A stretch of DNA of 64,000 nt from Blastocatellia bacterium. GTDB taxonomy: Bacteria > Acidobacteriota > Blastocatellia > UBA7656. The translations under genes were made by a program, and so were the position numbers. Shown one piece after another: positions 10,901 to 17,620 of this stretch. The notes beneath the pieces were generated by a model, which made no database searches, was not told the DNA's origin, and saw only the letters and a list, made by a program, of their open reading frames with translations. The stretch covers positions 5,444 to 69,443 of the forward strand of contig DASUNP010000110.1 in the NCBI GenBank assembly GCA_036277095.1. The letters run 5' to 3'. Each line of letters starts with the position of its first letter. The first letter of the stretch is position 1.

Positions 10901-11125
10901 AGAGCCGCCCCTTGTGTCTGCGCCCATTTCAGACCTGACGGCGAAAACACGCACGCCGCCGATCTCCCCCAGGTCGAAATAGGTTTTATGCCTTCCTGGT
11001 AGTTCCTTGTAATCGCGGTTAGTCAGGGCTTTGGTCCGTTCAAGCAGAGACTCGGTTTCGACGTCTGTCACGGTGACGAGTAAAACATCGCATCTCGATC
11101 TGAGTTCAGTGCCGGGCTTTTCCAT
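7973..11125 (-). CDS. STAND NTPase with N-terminal PNP_UDP/MTA-nucleosidase-like domain, NB-ARC ATPase and C-terminal TPR repeats (NLR-like, candidate defence/signalling protein)
   Basis: ORF-track frame 7973..11269. N-terminal region (RCDVLLVTVTDVETE ... GADTRGGSLLTVKDAIDEVQPSDVILVGIAFGV ... GGEMEGGGLYIACE) resembles purine/MTA nucleosidase motifs; compare the EME-x-A motif of MtnN. Walker A AWGGVGKTALV. Walker B TLLILDGLE. Sensor-1-like CVISTRE. GLPL-like GHAFSLTLLG. MHD-like DAHPLVREY. The C-terminal ~400 aa is helical-repeat/TPR-like. Start set at MEKPGT (11125), just before the first beta-strand of the nucleosidase fold. The upstream in-frame ATG at 11269 would add 48 low-complexity R-rich residues and lies inside a hairpin. 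Confidence 0.8.
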   Translation of the reverse strand: MEKPGTELRSRCDVLLVTVTDVETESLLERTKALTNRDYKELPGRHKTYFDLGEIGGVRVFAVRSEMGADTRGGSLLTVKDAIDEVQPSDVILVGIAFGVNPKKQKIGDVLVSLQLQPYELQRVATTEAGATKIILRGDKPHCSEKLLDRFRTIRLRWKKAGVDFGVVLSGQKLIDNIDYRDELLALSEEAIGGEMEGGGLYIACEQSKSKVNWILIKAICDWADGKKGVRKKQRQKIASENAAEFVLEMVASGLLAGPQSRSSTDTAIESQPQKPPSLEPDMISISRLPTSGPDLFGRDAELQLLDDSWANPNTNIIAFVAWGGVGKTALVNHWVKQRMARDNYRGAERVYSWSFYSQGTNEQATSADEFIYAALRDFGDNDPTQGTPWDKGERLARLIRQTRTLLILDGLEPLQHPPGAQGGLLKDAALQALLRELAAHQPGLCVISTRERVSDLVEFENSTVIQHDLDQLSPQAGAQVLRALNVKGDEEELEEAAIEFNGHAFSLTLLGSYLDVVLRGDIRRRREIENLFDVRQPGDKAQKMIAAYEKWLGEGVELAVLRMMGLFDRPADAASIAALRAAPAILGLTEALQDVSKVKWQEALANLRRIKLLGAELINEPDTLDAHPLVREYFKQQLKRERPDAWREANNRLYEHLKRTTKEFPDTVEEMSPLFAAVLHGCAAGRHQEASGEVFSRRIRRGREAFSIHKLGAFGADLATLSSFFEILWEQPVAGFSDAYRAFVLSEAGFNLRALGRLEEAAQPMQAGLEARIASENWENAAINALNLSELYVTIGDLPQALVFAQQSVDLADRSGDEFPRMISRAAFADALYQAGHTEEAVIAFREAEEMEKQGQPAHRFLYSLRGFQYCDLLLNQGQIQDVKERAAYTLEIARRNNWLLEIALDNLSMGRASLLGAQQAGRGDTTQAAEFLQRAVDGLRQAGTTHHLPRGLLTRAELHRVNGDYGLAERDLTEVLRIATRSGMGLHLANCHLEYARLHLAQGNRDKAREHWKIAKEMIERMGYGRRNKEVKEIARQLGLEITTDDHS

Positions 11126-11260
11126 CCTAAGCCTCACGCTATTGATCGAAAGTAATCTCAACCATACTAATCGAATTTCTCGAAGTGGCAAGGGCAAAGA
11201 ACGGCGGACGACAGAAGTCTTTATATTGGGAAACCATTTCCCAAAAGTGAACATCCGCCG

Positions 11261-11287
11261 GGCCGCCATTATTTGGCGGCCTTTTTC
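11261..11287 (+). terminator. Perfect 8-bp-stem palindrome GGCCGCCA-TTATT-TGGCGGCC followed by TTTTTCT (intrinsic-terminator-like on the + strand) in the divergent STAND/response-regulator intergenic region
   Basis: Read directly at 11261..11281 plus the T-tract. It overlaps the alternative upstream ATG (11269) of the STAND frame. Confidence 0.45.
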
Positions 11288-11327
11288 TAAGACAAATCAT
11301 TCGTTCATTTAAGCCCACTTTACTTAA

Positions 11328-11344
11328 TGGCACGCGAATTGGCT
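11328..11344 (+). promoter_or_regulatory. Possible sigma-54-type -24/-12 promoter upstream of the REC-PP2C gene (TGGCACG-N4-TTGG; -12 GC replaced by GG)
   Basis: aaTGGCACGcgaaTTGGct lies 45-60 nt upstream of ATG 11389. One mismatch at the normally invariant -12 GC. Confidence 0.25.
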
Positions 11345-11388
11345 AATCATGCGAGGGTTAATTTCGGCAAGCAGTTTTGAGTTACATC

Positions 11389-12561
11389 ATGAGAAGTACT
11401 GATTCACCAATTGCGCGCGCCTTGATAGCCGACGATCAGCCCGATGTGATCGAAGCGCTAAGACTCTTGCTCAAAGGCGCGGGATACCAGACTAAAGCTG
11501 TGACTTCGCCGGCTGCCGTGCTCGAAGTTCTAAAGACTGATCGCTTCGACCTGCTTCTGATGGACCTGAATTACACACGCGATACGACGTCGGGCCGCGA
11601 AGGGCTTGATCTGCTTTCGCGAGTCCAGGCCCTCGACTCTACGCTCCCCATTGTCGTGATGACCGCCTGGGGCAGCATCGACCTGACGGTCGAAGCCATG
11701 AGGCGCGGCGTTCGCGATTTTATTCTGAAGCCGTGGGAGAACTCGCGGCTGCTCGACGTTCTGCGCGAGCAGATCGAATTCGGCGTCGCCGCCCGCCGTG
11801 AGCAATCCTTGAAAGCTCAAGCTGATGCTCGTACGCGCGAGCGCGACCGGCAGATCGAAGAGGCTCGCGAGATTCAACGCCGCCTGGTGCCGAAAGAGAT
11901 TCCGCAGGTTTGCGGCTGCAATATCTCGTTCGCGTGGCGCCCGGCAGAAGCAGTCAGCGGCGATTATTTCGACGTGCTCAAGTTCGACGATTCGCGCGTG
12001 GGCCTGGTCGTGGCTGACGTGTCGGGCAAAGGATTGCCTGCCGCTTTGCTGATGTCAAACGTGCAGGCCGCGGTAAAAGCTTTCGCTTCCGCAGACCCCA
12101 ATCCCGCAGAAGTCTGCACGAGGGTGAACCGTGTCGTGGCAAGCAACATCGCCGACGACAAGTTTATAACTCTGCTCTACTGCCTCGTGGATTGCCGCGC
12201 GCGGAGACTCTCGTACGCGAACGCCGGTCACAACGCGGGCGTCGTCGTTCGCAAATCGGGCGCGGTCGTCAGGCTGGAAAAAGGGGGCGCGGTCCTCGGG
12301 CCGTTTCCTGAATGCTGTTATGAACAGGGCGAGGTCGAGATAAGCCCGGGCGATAGGGTCCTTTTATTCACAGACGGAATTACCGAAGCGAGAAACGAAG
12401 CCGGGGAAGAGTTCGGCGAAGAGCGGTTGATAAGGTTGGCGGTCGACAGCCGCGCGCTCGACGCCTGCGATCTGCAAGCGGTTGTCACACGGGCAGTGAG
12501 TGATTACGCCCGCGATAGCTTCCACGATGATGCGACACTGGTCGTGCTTTCGGTCGATTAG
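11389..12561 (+). CDS. Response regulator with REC receiver domain and PP2C/SpoIIE-type serine phosphatase output (RsbU-like)
   Basis: REC domain: LIADDQPDVIEALRLLL ... DLLLMDLNY (phospho-acceptor Asp) ... IVVMTAWGS ... FILKPW. Coiled-coil linker. PP2C motifs GDYFDV, VADVSGKGLPAALLMS, LFTDGITEA. The ORF track begins at a TTG (11377); the first ATG is 11389. Confidence 0.85.
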   Translation: MRSTDSPIARALIADDQPDVIEALRLLLKGAGYQTKAVTSPAAVLEVLKTDRFDLLLMDLNYTRDTTSGREGLDLLSRVQALDSTLPIVVMTAWGSIDLTVEAMRRGVRDFILKPWENSRLLDVLREQIEFGVAARREQSLKAQADARTRERDRQIEEAREIQRRLVPKEIPQVCGCNISFAWRPAEAVSGDYFDVLKFDDSRVGLVVADVSGKGLPAALLMSNVQAAVKAFASADPNPAEVCTRVNRVVASNIADDKFITLLYCLVDCRARRLSYANAGHNAGVVVRKSGAVVRLEKGGAVLGPFPECCYEQGEVEISPGDRVLLFTDGITEARNEAGEEFGEERLIRLAVDSRALDACDLQAVVTRAVSDYARDSFHDDATLVVLSVD

Positions 12562-12594
12562 TCGAAACAGGTTCCGGCGAAGAGAGGTAAAGCG

Positions 12595-15027
12595 ATGGAA
12601 ACTCTTTTGAAAGAGGTCCGGTTTGGATTTCGGATGCTGCGCAAATCGCCGGGCTTTACGCTCGCGGCGGTCATCTCGCTTGCTTTGGGGATAGGCGCGA
12701 ACACAGCAATCTTTAGCGTCATAAACACTGTCTTAATAAAACAGCTTCCGTACAACGACCCCGAAAGCCTCGTGCTGCTCTGGGGCAAAGATGCCGCAGA
12801 AGGCACCGAGCGAGATCAGGTCTCTTTCACAGATGTTGAAGACTGGCGCAAGCAATCTCTCGCGTTCGAAGAGATCACCGCCTACACCGACTGGAGGCCG
12901 ATACTGTCGGGCGTGGGCGAAGCCGAAAGAGTTCCCGCGATGCAGGTCGGGGACGGTTACTTCCGCGTTATGAAAGCCGAGCCGATCCTGGGCCGCGTCT
13001 TCACGCCCGAAGAGCAACAAGAAGGCAAAGACTTTGTCATCATTCTGGGCTACGGATTGTGGCAGCGGCAGTTCGACCGAGACCCCGGCGTCGTAGGTAA
13101 GACTGTTTACCTCAACAGCCGACCTTACACGGTCGTCGGGGTAATGCCGGAAAGTTTTCAGCCGCTCCCGGCGGGGCTCGTCAATCCTGCGGCTGAGATG
13201 TACCGGCCCGTGGCCGAAGCCTACGACGATGAAGAACGCGGCTCTCGTCACCTCCGAGCTATCGGTCGCCTCAAGCCCGGCGTAGAGATCAAGCAAGCTC
13301 AATCTGAGATGACGCTGATTGCCGACCGCCTGACGCAAGAACATCCGCGATCAAACACGGATTACAGCGTTCGCGTAGTCAGCATCACGGACGACACTGT
13401 GGGCGGACTTCGCGAACCGCTGCTGCTCGTCTTCGGGGCAGTCGCTTTCGTGCTGCTGATCGCCTGCGCGAACGTGGGCAACCTGTTGCTTGCGAGGTCG
13501 ACGGCGAGGCAAAAAGAGATTGCGATCCGCGCGGCTCTCGGGGCGCGGCGGTGGCAGCTCATTCGACAGTTTTTAGCCGAAAGCCTGGTGCTCTCTTTGA
13601 TGGGCGGGGCGATCGGGCTTCTTTTTGCGCTGTGGGGCGTCGGGCTGATCGCGGAGGTCGCTTCGCGCGTAATGCCGCTCATAAGCCAGGTTGAGATAAA
13701 CCTTCCCGTGCTCGTGTTCACGCTGGCGGTTTCGGTTGTCACGGGGGTCGCCTTCGGACTTGCGCCCGCGCTCCACGCGACGAAGCCCGATCTGAACGAG
13801 TCGCTCAAAGAAGGCGGCCGCCAGTCGGGCGCCGGGGCGGCGCGCAACCACCTGCGCAACTGGCTCGTGATCTCAGAAGTGGCGCTCGCGCTGGTGCTGC
13901 TGGTATCGGCGGGGCTGATGATAAAGAGCGTCCTCAAGCTGCGAAACATCGATCCCGGTTTCAACGCTGAAAACGTCCTGACGATGGACGTATGGCTGCC
14001 CTACGCCAAGTATCGGAACGACCCGAGCCGGCTCGCCTTTTACGATCGCCTGATCGAGCAGGTGAAAACGATTCCCGCCGTTCAATCGGCTGGCGTGACA
14101 AGCATACTGCCGCTCGGCAGCAACTTCGATGGCCGAGCTATTCAAGTCGAAGACCGACCCGTCGCTTTAGGTGAAGAGCCCGAGGCGGAGCTTTACATAG
14201 CGACTCCCGGCTACCTGGAGGCGATGGAGATTCCCGTTCAACGAGGGCGATCATTTACAGAGCGCGATAAAGAGGGCGCGCCGTTGGTCGCGCTCGTCGG
14301 CGAAACATTCGCCGAGCGTTACTGGCCCGGCGAAAACCCCGTGGGCAAGCGGATCAGGTTCCCCGGCTCTGAGTCTCGACCGCAGCCGTGGCGCGAGGTC
14401 GTCGGAGTGGTAAAGGACGTGAAGCAAAAGAAGCTGGATACGGGCGGCACTTTGCAGATCTATATGCCGCTCGCGCAGTACCCTTCATCGGCGATGACGC
14501 TCGTGGTTCGCGCGGAGTCAGACCCCGCGTTGATGACGGCGGCGGTCCGAAAAGAGGTTCTCGCCGTCGATGCGGAGCAAGCCGTCTTCAACGTAGCGAC
14601 GATGAATCAATGGCTGACCGATTCGATCTCGCTGCGCCGTTTCTTGATGATGCTGCTCGGCGCGTTCGCGGTCGTGGCATTGACGCTCGCAGCCGTTGGC
14701 ATCTATGGCGTCATCTCTTATTCGGTCTCGCAGCGAACGCACGAGATAGGCATACGTCTCGCGCTCGGCGCAAAGAGCCGCGACGTGCTTAAGCTCGTCG
14801 TGGGTCACGGGCTGTGGCTCGCCGTGGTCGGCGTCGCTATCGGCGTGGCAGGCGCGCTCGCGGCGACGCAGTTGATGACAAGCCTGCTCTACTCTGTCGA
14901 AACGGCGGACCCCGCGACATACGTTTCAATCTCGCTGCTGCTCATTCTGGTAGCCGTTCTCGCAAGCTACATCCCGGCACTCCGCGCGTTAAGAGTAGAC
15001 CCGATGGTCGCGCTCAGGCACGAGTGA
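12595..15027 (+). CDS. ADOP-type duplicated permease
   Basis: 810 aa. [22 protein letters not shown] ... [31 protein letters not shown] ... [16 protein letters not shown] ... [18 protein letters not shown] upstream. Lies 33 nt downstream of the REC-PP2C gene. Confidence 0.9.
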   Translation: METLLKEVRFGFRMLRKSPGFTLAAVISLALGIGANTAIFSVINTVLIKQLPYNDPESLVLLWGKDAAEGTERDQVSFTDVEDWRKQSLAFEEITAYTDWRPILSGVGEAERVPAMQVGDGYFRVMKAEPILGRVFTPEEQQEGKDFVIILGYGLWQRQFDRDPGVVGKTVYLNSRPYTVVGVMPESFQPLPAGLVNPAAEMYRPVAEAYDDEERGSRHLRAIGRLKPGVEIKQAQSEMTLIADRLTQEHPRSNTDYSVRVVSITDDTVGGLREPLLLVFGAVAFVLLIACANVGNLLLARSTARQKEIAIRAALGARRWQLIRQFLAESLVLSLMGGAIGLLFALWGVGLIAEVASRVMPLISQVEINLPVLVFTLAVSVVTGVAFGLAPALHATKPDLNESLKEGGRQSGAGAARNHLRNWLVISEVALALVLLVSAGLMIKSVLKLRNIDPGFNAENVLTMDVWLPYAKYRNDPSRLAFYDRLIEQVKTIPAVQSAGVTSILPLGSNFDGRAIQVEDRPVALGEEPEAELYIATPGYLEAMEIPVQRGRSFTERDKEGAPLVALVGETFAERYWPGENPVGKRIRFPGSESRPQPWREVVGVVKDVKQKKLDTGGTLQIYMPLAQYPSSAMTLVVRAESDPALMTAAVRKEVLAVDAEQAVFNVATMNQWLTDSISLRRFLMMLLGAFAVVALTLAAVGIYGVISYSVSQRTHEIGIRLALGAKSRDVLKLVVGHGLWLAVVGVAIGVAGALAATQLMTSLLYSVETADPATYVSISLLLILVAVLASYIPALRALRVDPMVALRHE

Positions 15028-15069
15028 TTTCAAATTTGAGATTTGAGATTTGAGATTGAGAGGGAACCT
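15028..15069 (+). repeat. AT-rich heptamer junction (TTTCAAA then TTTGAGA x3), 42 nt = 6 heptamers, merging into the SD
   Basis: tttcaaa|tttgaga|tttgaga|tttgaga|ttgagag|ggaacct ATG. Confidence 0.8.
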
Positions 15070-17544
15070 ATGGACAGCTTACTGCAAGATTTGCGTTACG
15101 CGATGCGCGCGATGATAAAGCGACCGGCCATCAACGCCGTGGCCGTGATCGCCCTGGCCTTAGGCATAGGCGCGAACACAGCGATCTTCAGCGTCATCAA
15201 CGCCCTGCTTTTGCAACCACTGCCCGGCGTCGAAGACCCCGACCGGCTCGCCGTCGTCTACACGTCGGATTTCAGCAGCAGCCTCTATAGCACCTCTTCG
15301 TTCCCTGACTACATCGATTTCCGTGACCGCAGCGACATGTTTTCGGGGCTTGCGGCTTTCAGCGATTCTGTCGCTATCAACCTGGGCGTGGGCGACGGGG
15401 CCGAGCGGATTCAAGGGGCGATCGTGACGGGCAACTATTTTTCTCTGCTCGGAGTCAGCCCGCGCATGGGCCGCACACTGCTGCCGGATGACGACAGGCC
15501 CCAAAGCAGCCCGGCCACGGTCCTGAGCCACGAGCTTTGGCAGAACCAGTTCGGGGCTGACCAGAACATCATCGGCAAGACCGTTAGCCTCAACAACCAG
15601 AGCTTCACGGTCGTAGGCGTCGCGCCCGACGAGTTCAAAGGCGTGCGCTTGGAATCGGCCCCCGCGCTGTGGATACCGATGGCGACGATAACGCTGATTC
15701 AACGCTCGCCCGCTACCATCTTCGCGCAGCGCGGCTCGCGGTGGCTAGGCATCATAGGCCGCCTTGGCCCTGGGGCCACCGCCGAGCAGGCGCAGGCGCA
15801 GATACAGACTATCGCCGACGGTTTAGCCGCCGCTTACCCAGACACGAATCTGGGAACGCTCCAACAGCCCGATCAACCCCGGCCCATGTCTGTCGTTCCC
15901 GCGAACGTGGCTATGGTCAACCCCAACACGCGCGAGGAGACGGAAAACTTTGTAACGCTTCTTATGATAGTGGTCGCGGTGGTTCTGGTGATCGCGTGCG
16001 CCAACGTGGCTAACCTGCTTATCGTTCGCGCTCGCGGGCGTCAGAAAGAGATTGCCGTGCGCCTCGCTTTAGGCGCGAGCCGCTTCCGCATCATACGGCA
16101 GATGCTTACTGAAAGCCTCTTTCTATCCCTTGTGGGCGGGGCCGCGGGGCTGCTGGTGGCCGTCTGGATGACCGAACTCTTATCTTCATTCGACCAGCTA
16201 AGCTCTTTCGCCGCGCTCGACATAAGCGTCGATACCAGCGTGCTGGTATTCACATTGATAGTCTCGGTCATGACTGGAATTCTTTTCGGGCTCGCCCCCG
16301 CGATACAAGCATCAAGACCCGATCTGGTACCCGCCTTGAAAGATTCGCAAGGCCGGGAGATTTCCCGGAACCGCCGGTTCGGCCTGCGCAGCCTCCTCGT
16401 GGTATTTCAAGTCGTCTTATCTATGGTCTTGCTCATAGGCGCGGGGCTTTTCATCAGAAGCTTGCAGAAGGCTTACACGACTGATCTCGGCTTTGCCGTA
16501 AACAACGCTCTGCTCGTCACGGTCGATCTGAACGCTCAAGGATACAACGAGGCTCAAGGGAGAGAGTTCTACAAACAACTCTTAGAGCACGTCGAGGCTC
16601 TGCCGCGCGTCGAGTCCGCGAGCATGGCGGCATACATTCCCGTCAACGCGAACGGCAGCAGAGATAGCGTGATAGTCGAAGGCTATGAGCCGCGCCCGGG
16701 CGAGGACATGGAGCTTAACATCAACACCGTCGAGCACAGCTATTTTGAAGCCCTGGGCATACAGATTCAATCGGGGCGTGGCTTCGACGAGCAGGACCGA
16801 TTGTCGCCGCAAAAAGTTGTGATAAATGAAGCGATGGCCGAACGCTACTGGCCTGGGCAGTCGCCAGTCGGCAGGCGCATCAAGTTGGGCGATGCGCGAA
16901 GCCCTTTTCTTGAGATCATAGGCGTAGCCAGGACGGGCAAGTACCGCAGCTTCCGTGAGCAGCCGCTGCCTTACATCTACCTGCCATACGATCAACAGTA
17001 CAGGACCAGGATGACGCTATTGGTTCGCGCGACGGGAAACCCGGCCACGATCTTGCCCGCCGTGCGGGCCGAGGTCCAAAGGCTCAATAAAAACGTCCCG
17101 CTCTACAATGTGAAAACCCTTACAGAGCATTTAGGCGTTGCGCTCGCCAGGGAGCGGATGATTGCTACGCTCGTTGGCATGTTCGGGCTGCTTGCGCTGT
17201 TGCTCGCGGCGGTAGGCATTTACGGGCTCATGGCGCACTCGGTCTCCGAGCGCGTTCACGAGATAGGTATTCGCATGGCGCTGGGCGCGCAGAAGAGAGA
17301 CATACTCGTGCTCGTGCTGGGCCATAGCTTGTTGCTTTCCGGGGTGGGCCTGGTCGCGGGCATCGTCTCTACGCTCGTTTTCACCCGTCTGATCTCCAGC
17401 CTGCTTTACGAGGTCAGCCCTACTGACTCTGTAGCCTTTGTGACAGCCGCGCTGACGCTGACCGGAGTGATGTTGCTGGCGAGCTACATCCCGGCCCGTC
17501 GCGCCGCGAATGTCGACCCGATGGTCGCGCTCAGGTACGAATAG
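15070..17544 (+). CDS. ADOP-type duplicated permease
   Basis: MDSLLQDLRYAMRAMIKRPAINA ... VIACANVANLLIVRARGRQKEIAVRLALGA ... [16 protein letters not shown] ... [13 protein letters not shown] at 15070 preceded by GAGAGGG. The ORF-track start 15043 is a TTG inside the heptamer junction. Confidence 0.9.
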   Translation: MDSLLQDLRYAMRAMIKRPAINAVAVIALALGIGANTAIFSVINALLLQPLPGVEDPDRLAVVYTSDFSSSLYSTSSFPDYIDFRDRSDMFSGLAAFSDSVAINLGVGDGAERIQGAIVTGNYFSLLGVSPRMGRTLLPDDDRPQSSPATVLSHELWQNQFGADQNIIGKTVSLNNQSFTVVGVAPDEFKGVRLESAPALWIPMATITLIQRSPATIFAQRGSRWLGIIGRLGPGATAEQAQAQIQTIADGLAAAYPDTNLGTLQQPDQPRPMSVVPANVAMVNPNTREETENFVTLLMIVVAVVLVIACANVANLLIVRARGRQKEIAVRLALGASRFRIIRQMLTESLFLSLVGGAAGLLVAVWMTELLSSFDQLSSFAALDISVDTSVLVFTLIVSVMTGILFGLAPAIQASRPDLVPALKDSQGREISRNRRFGLRSLLVVFQVVLSMVLLIGAGLFIRSLQKAYTTDLGFAVNNALLVTVDLNAQGYNEAQGREFYKQLLEHVEALPRVESASMAAYIPVNANGSRDSVIVEGYEPRPGEDMELNINTVEHSYFEALGIQIQSGRGFDEQDRLSPQKVVINEAMAERYWPGQSPVGRRIKLGDARSPFLEIIGVARTGKYRSFREQPLPYIYLPYDQQYRTRMTLLVRATGNPATILPAVRAEVQRLNKNVPLYNVKTLTEHLGVALARERMIATLVGMFGLLALLLAAVGIYGLMAHSVSERVHEIGIRMALGAQKRDILVLVLGHSLLLSGVGLVAGIVSTLVFTRLISSLLYEVSPTDSVAFVTAALTLTGVMLLASYIPARRAANVDPMVALRYE

Positions 17545-17620
17545 CATCGTCATTCGTCATTTGTCATTTGTCCTTCGCATTCTCTTCAAAGGACGAATGA
17601 CTAAGGACAAAGGACAGATT
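17545..17620 (+). repeat. Type-B junction element: (TCATTCG/TCATTTG/TCATTTG/TCCTTCG) arm and complementary (GACGAAT/GACTAAG/GACAAAG/GACAGAT) arm forming a hairpin whose right arm supplies the SD
   Basis: catcg|tcattcg|tcatttg|tcatttg|tccttcg|cattctc|ttcaaag|gacgaat|gactaag|gacaaag|gacagat|tATG. Short remnants GACAAAGGACA(G/A)ATTATG also occur at 411-427 and 22628-22643. Confidence 0.75.

Noticed and set aside
11126-11269. Longer N-terminal extension of the STAND protein starting at ATG 11269
   Set aside because: The extra 48 residues are low-complexity and R-rich. The ATG sits inside a perfect palindrome. The 11125 start aligns with the beginning of the nucleosidase fold.
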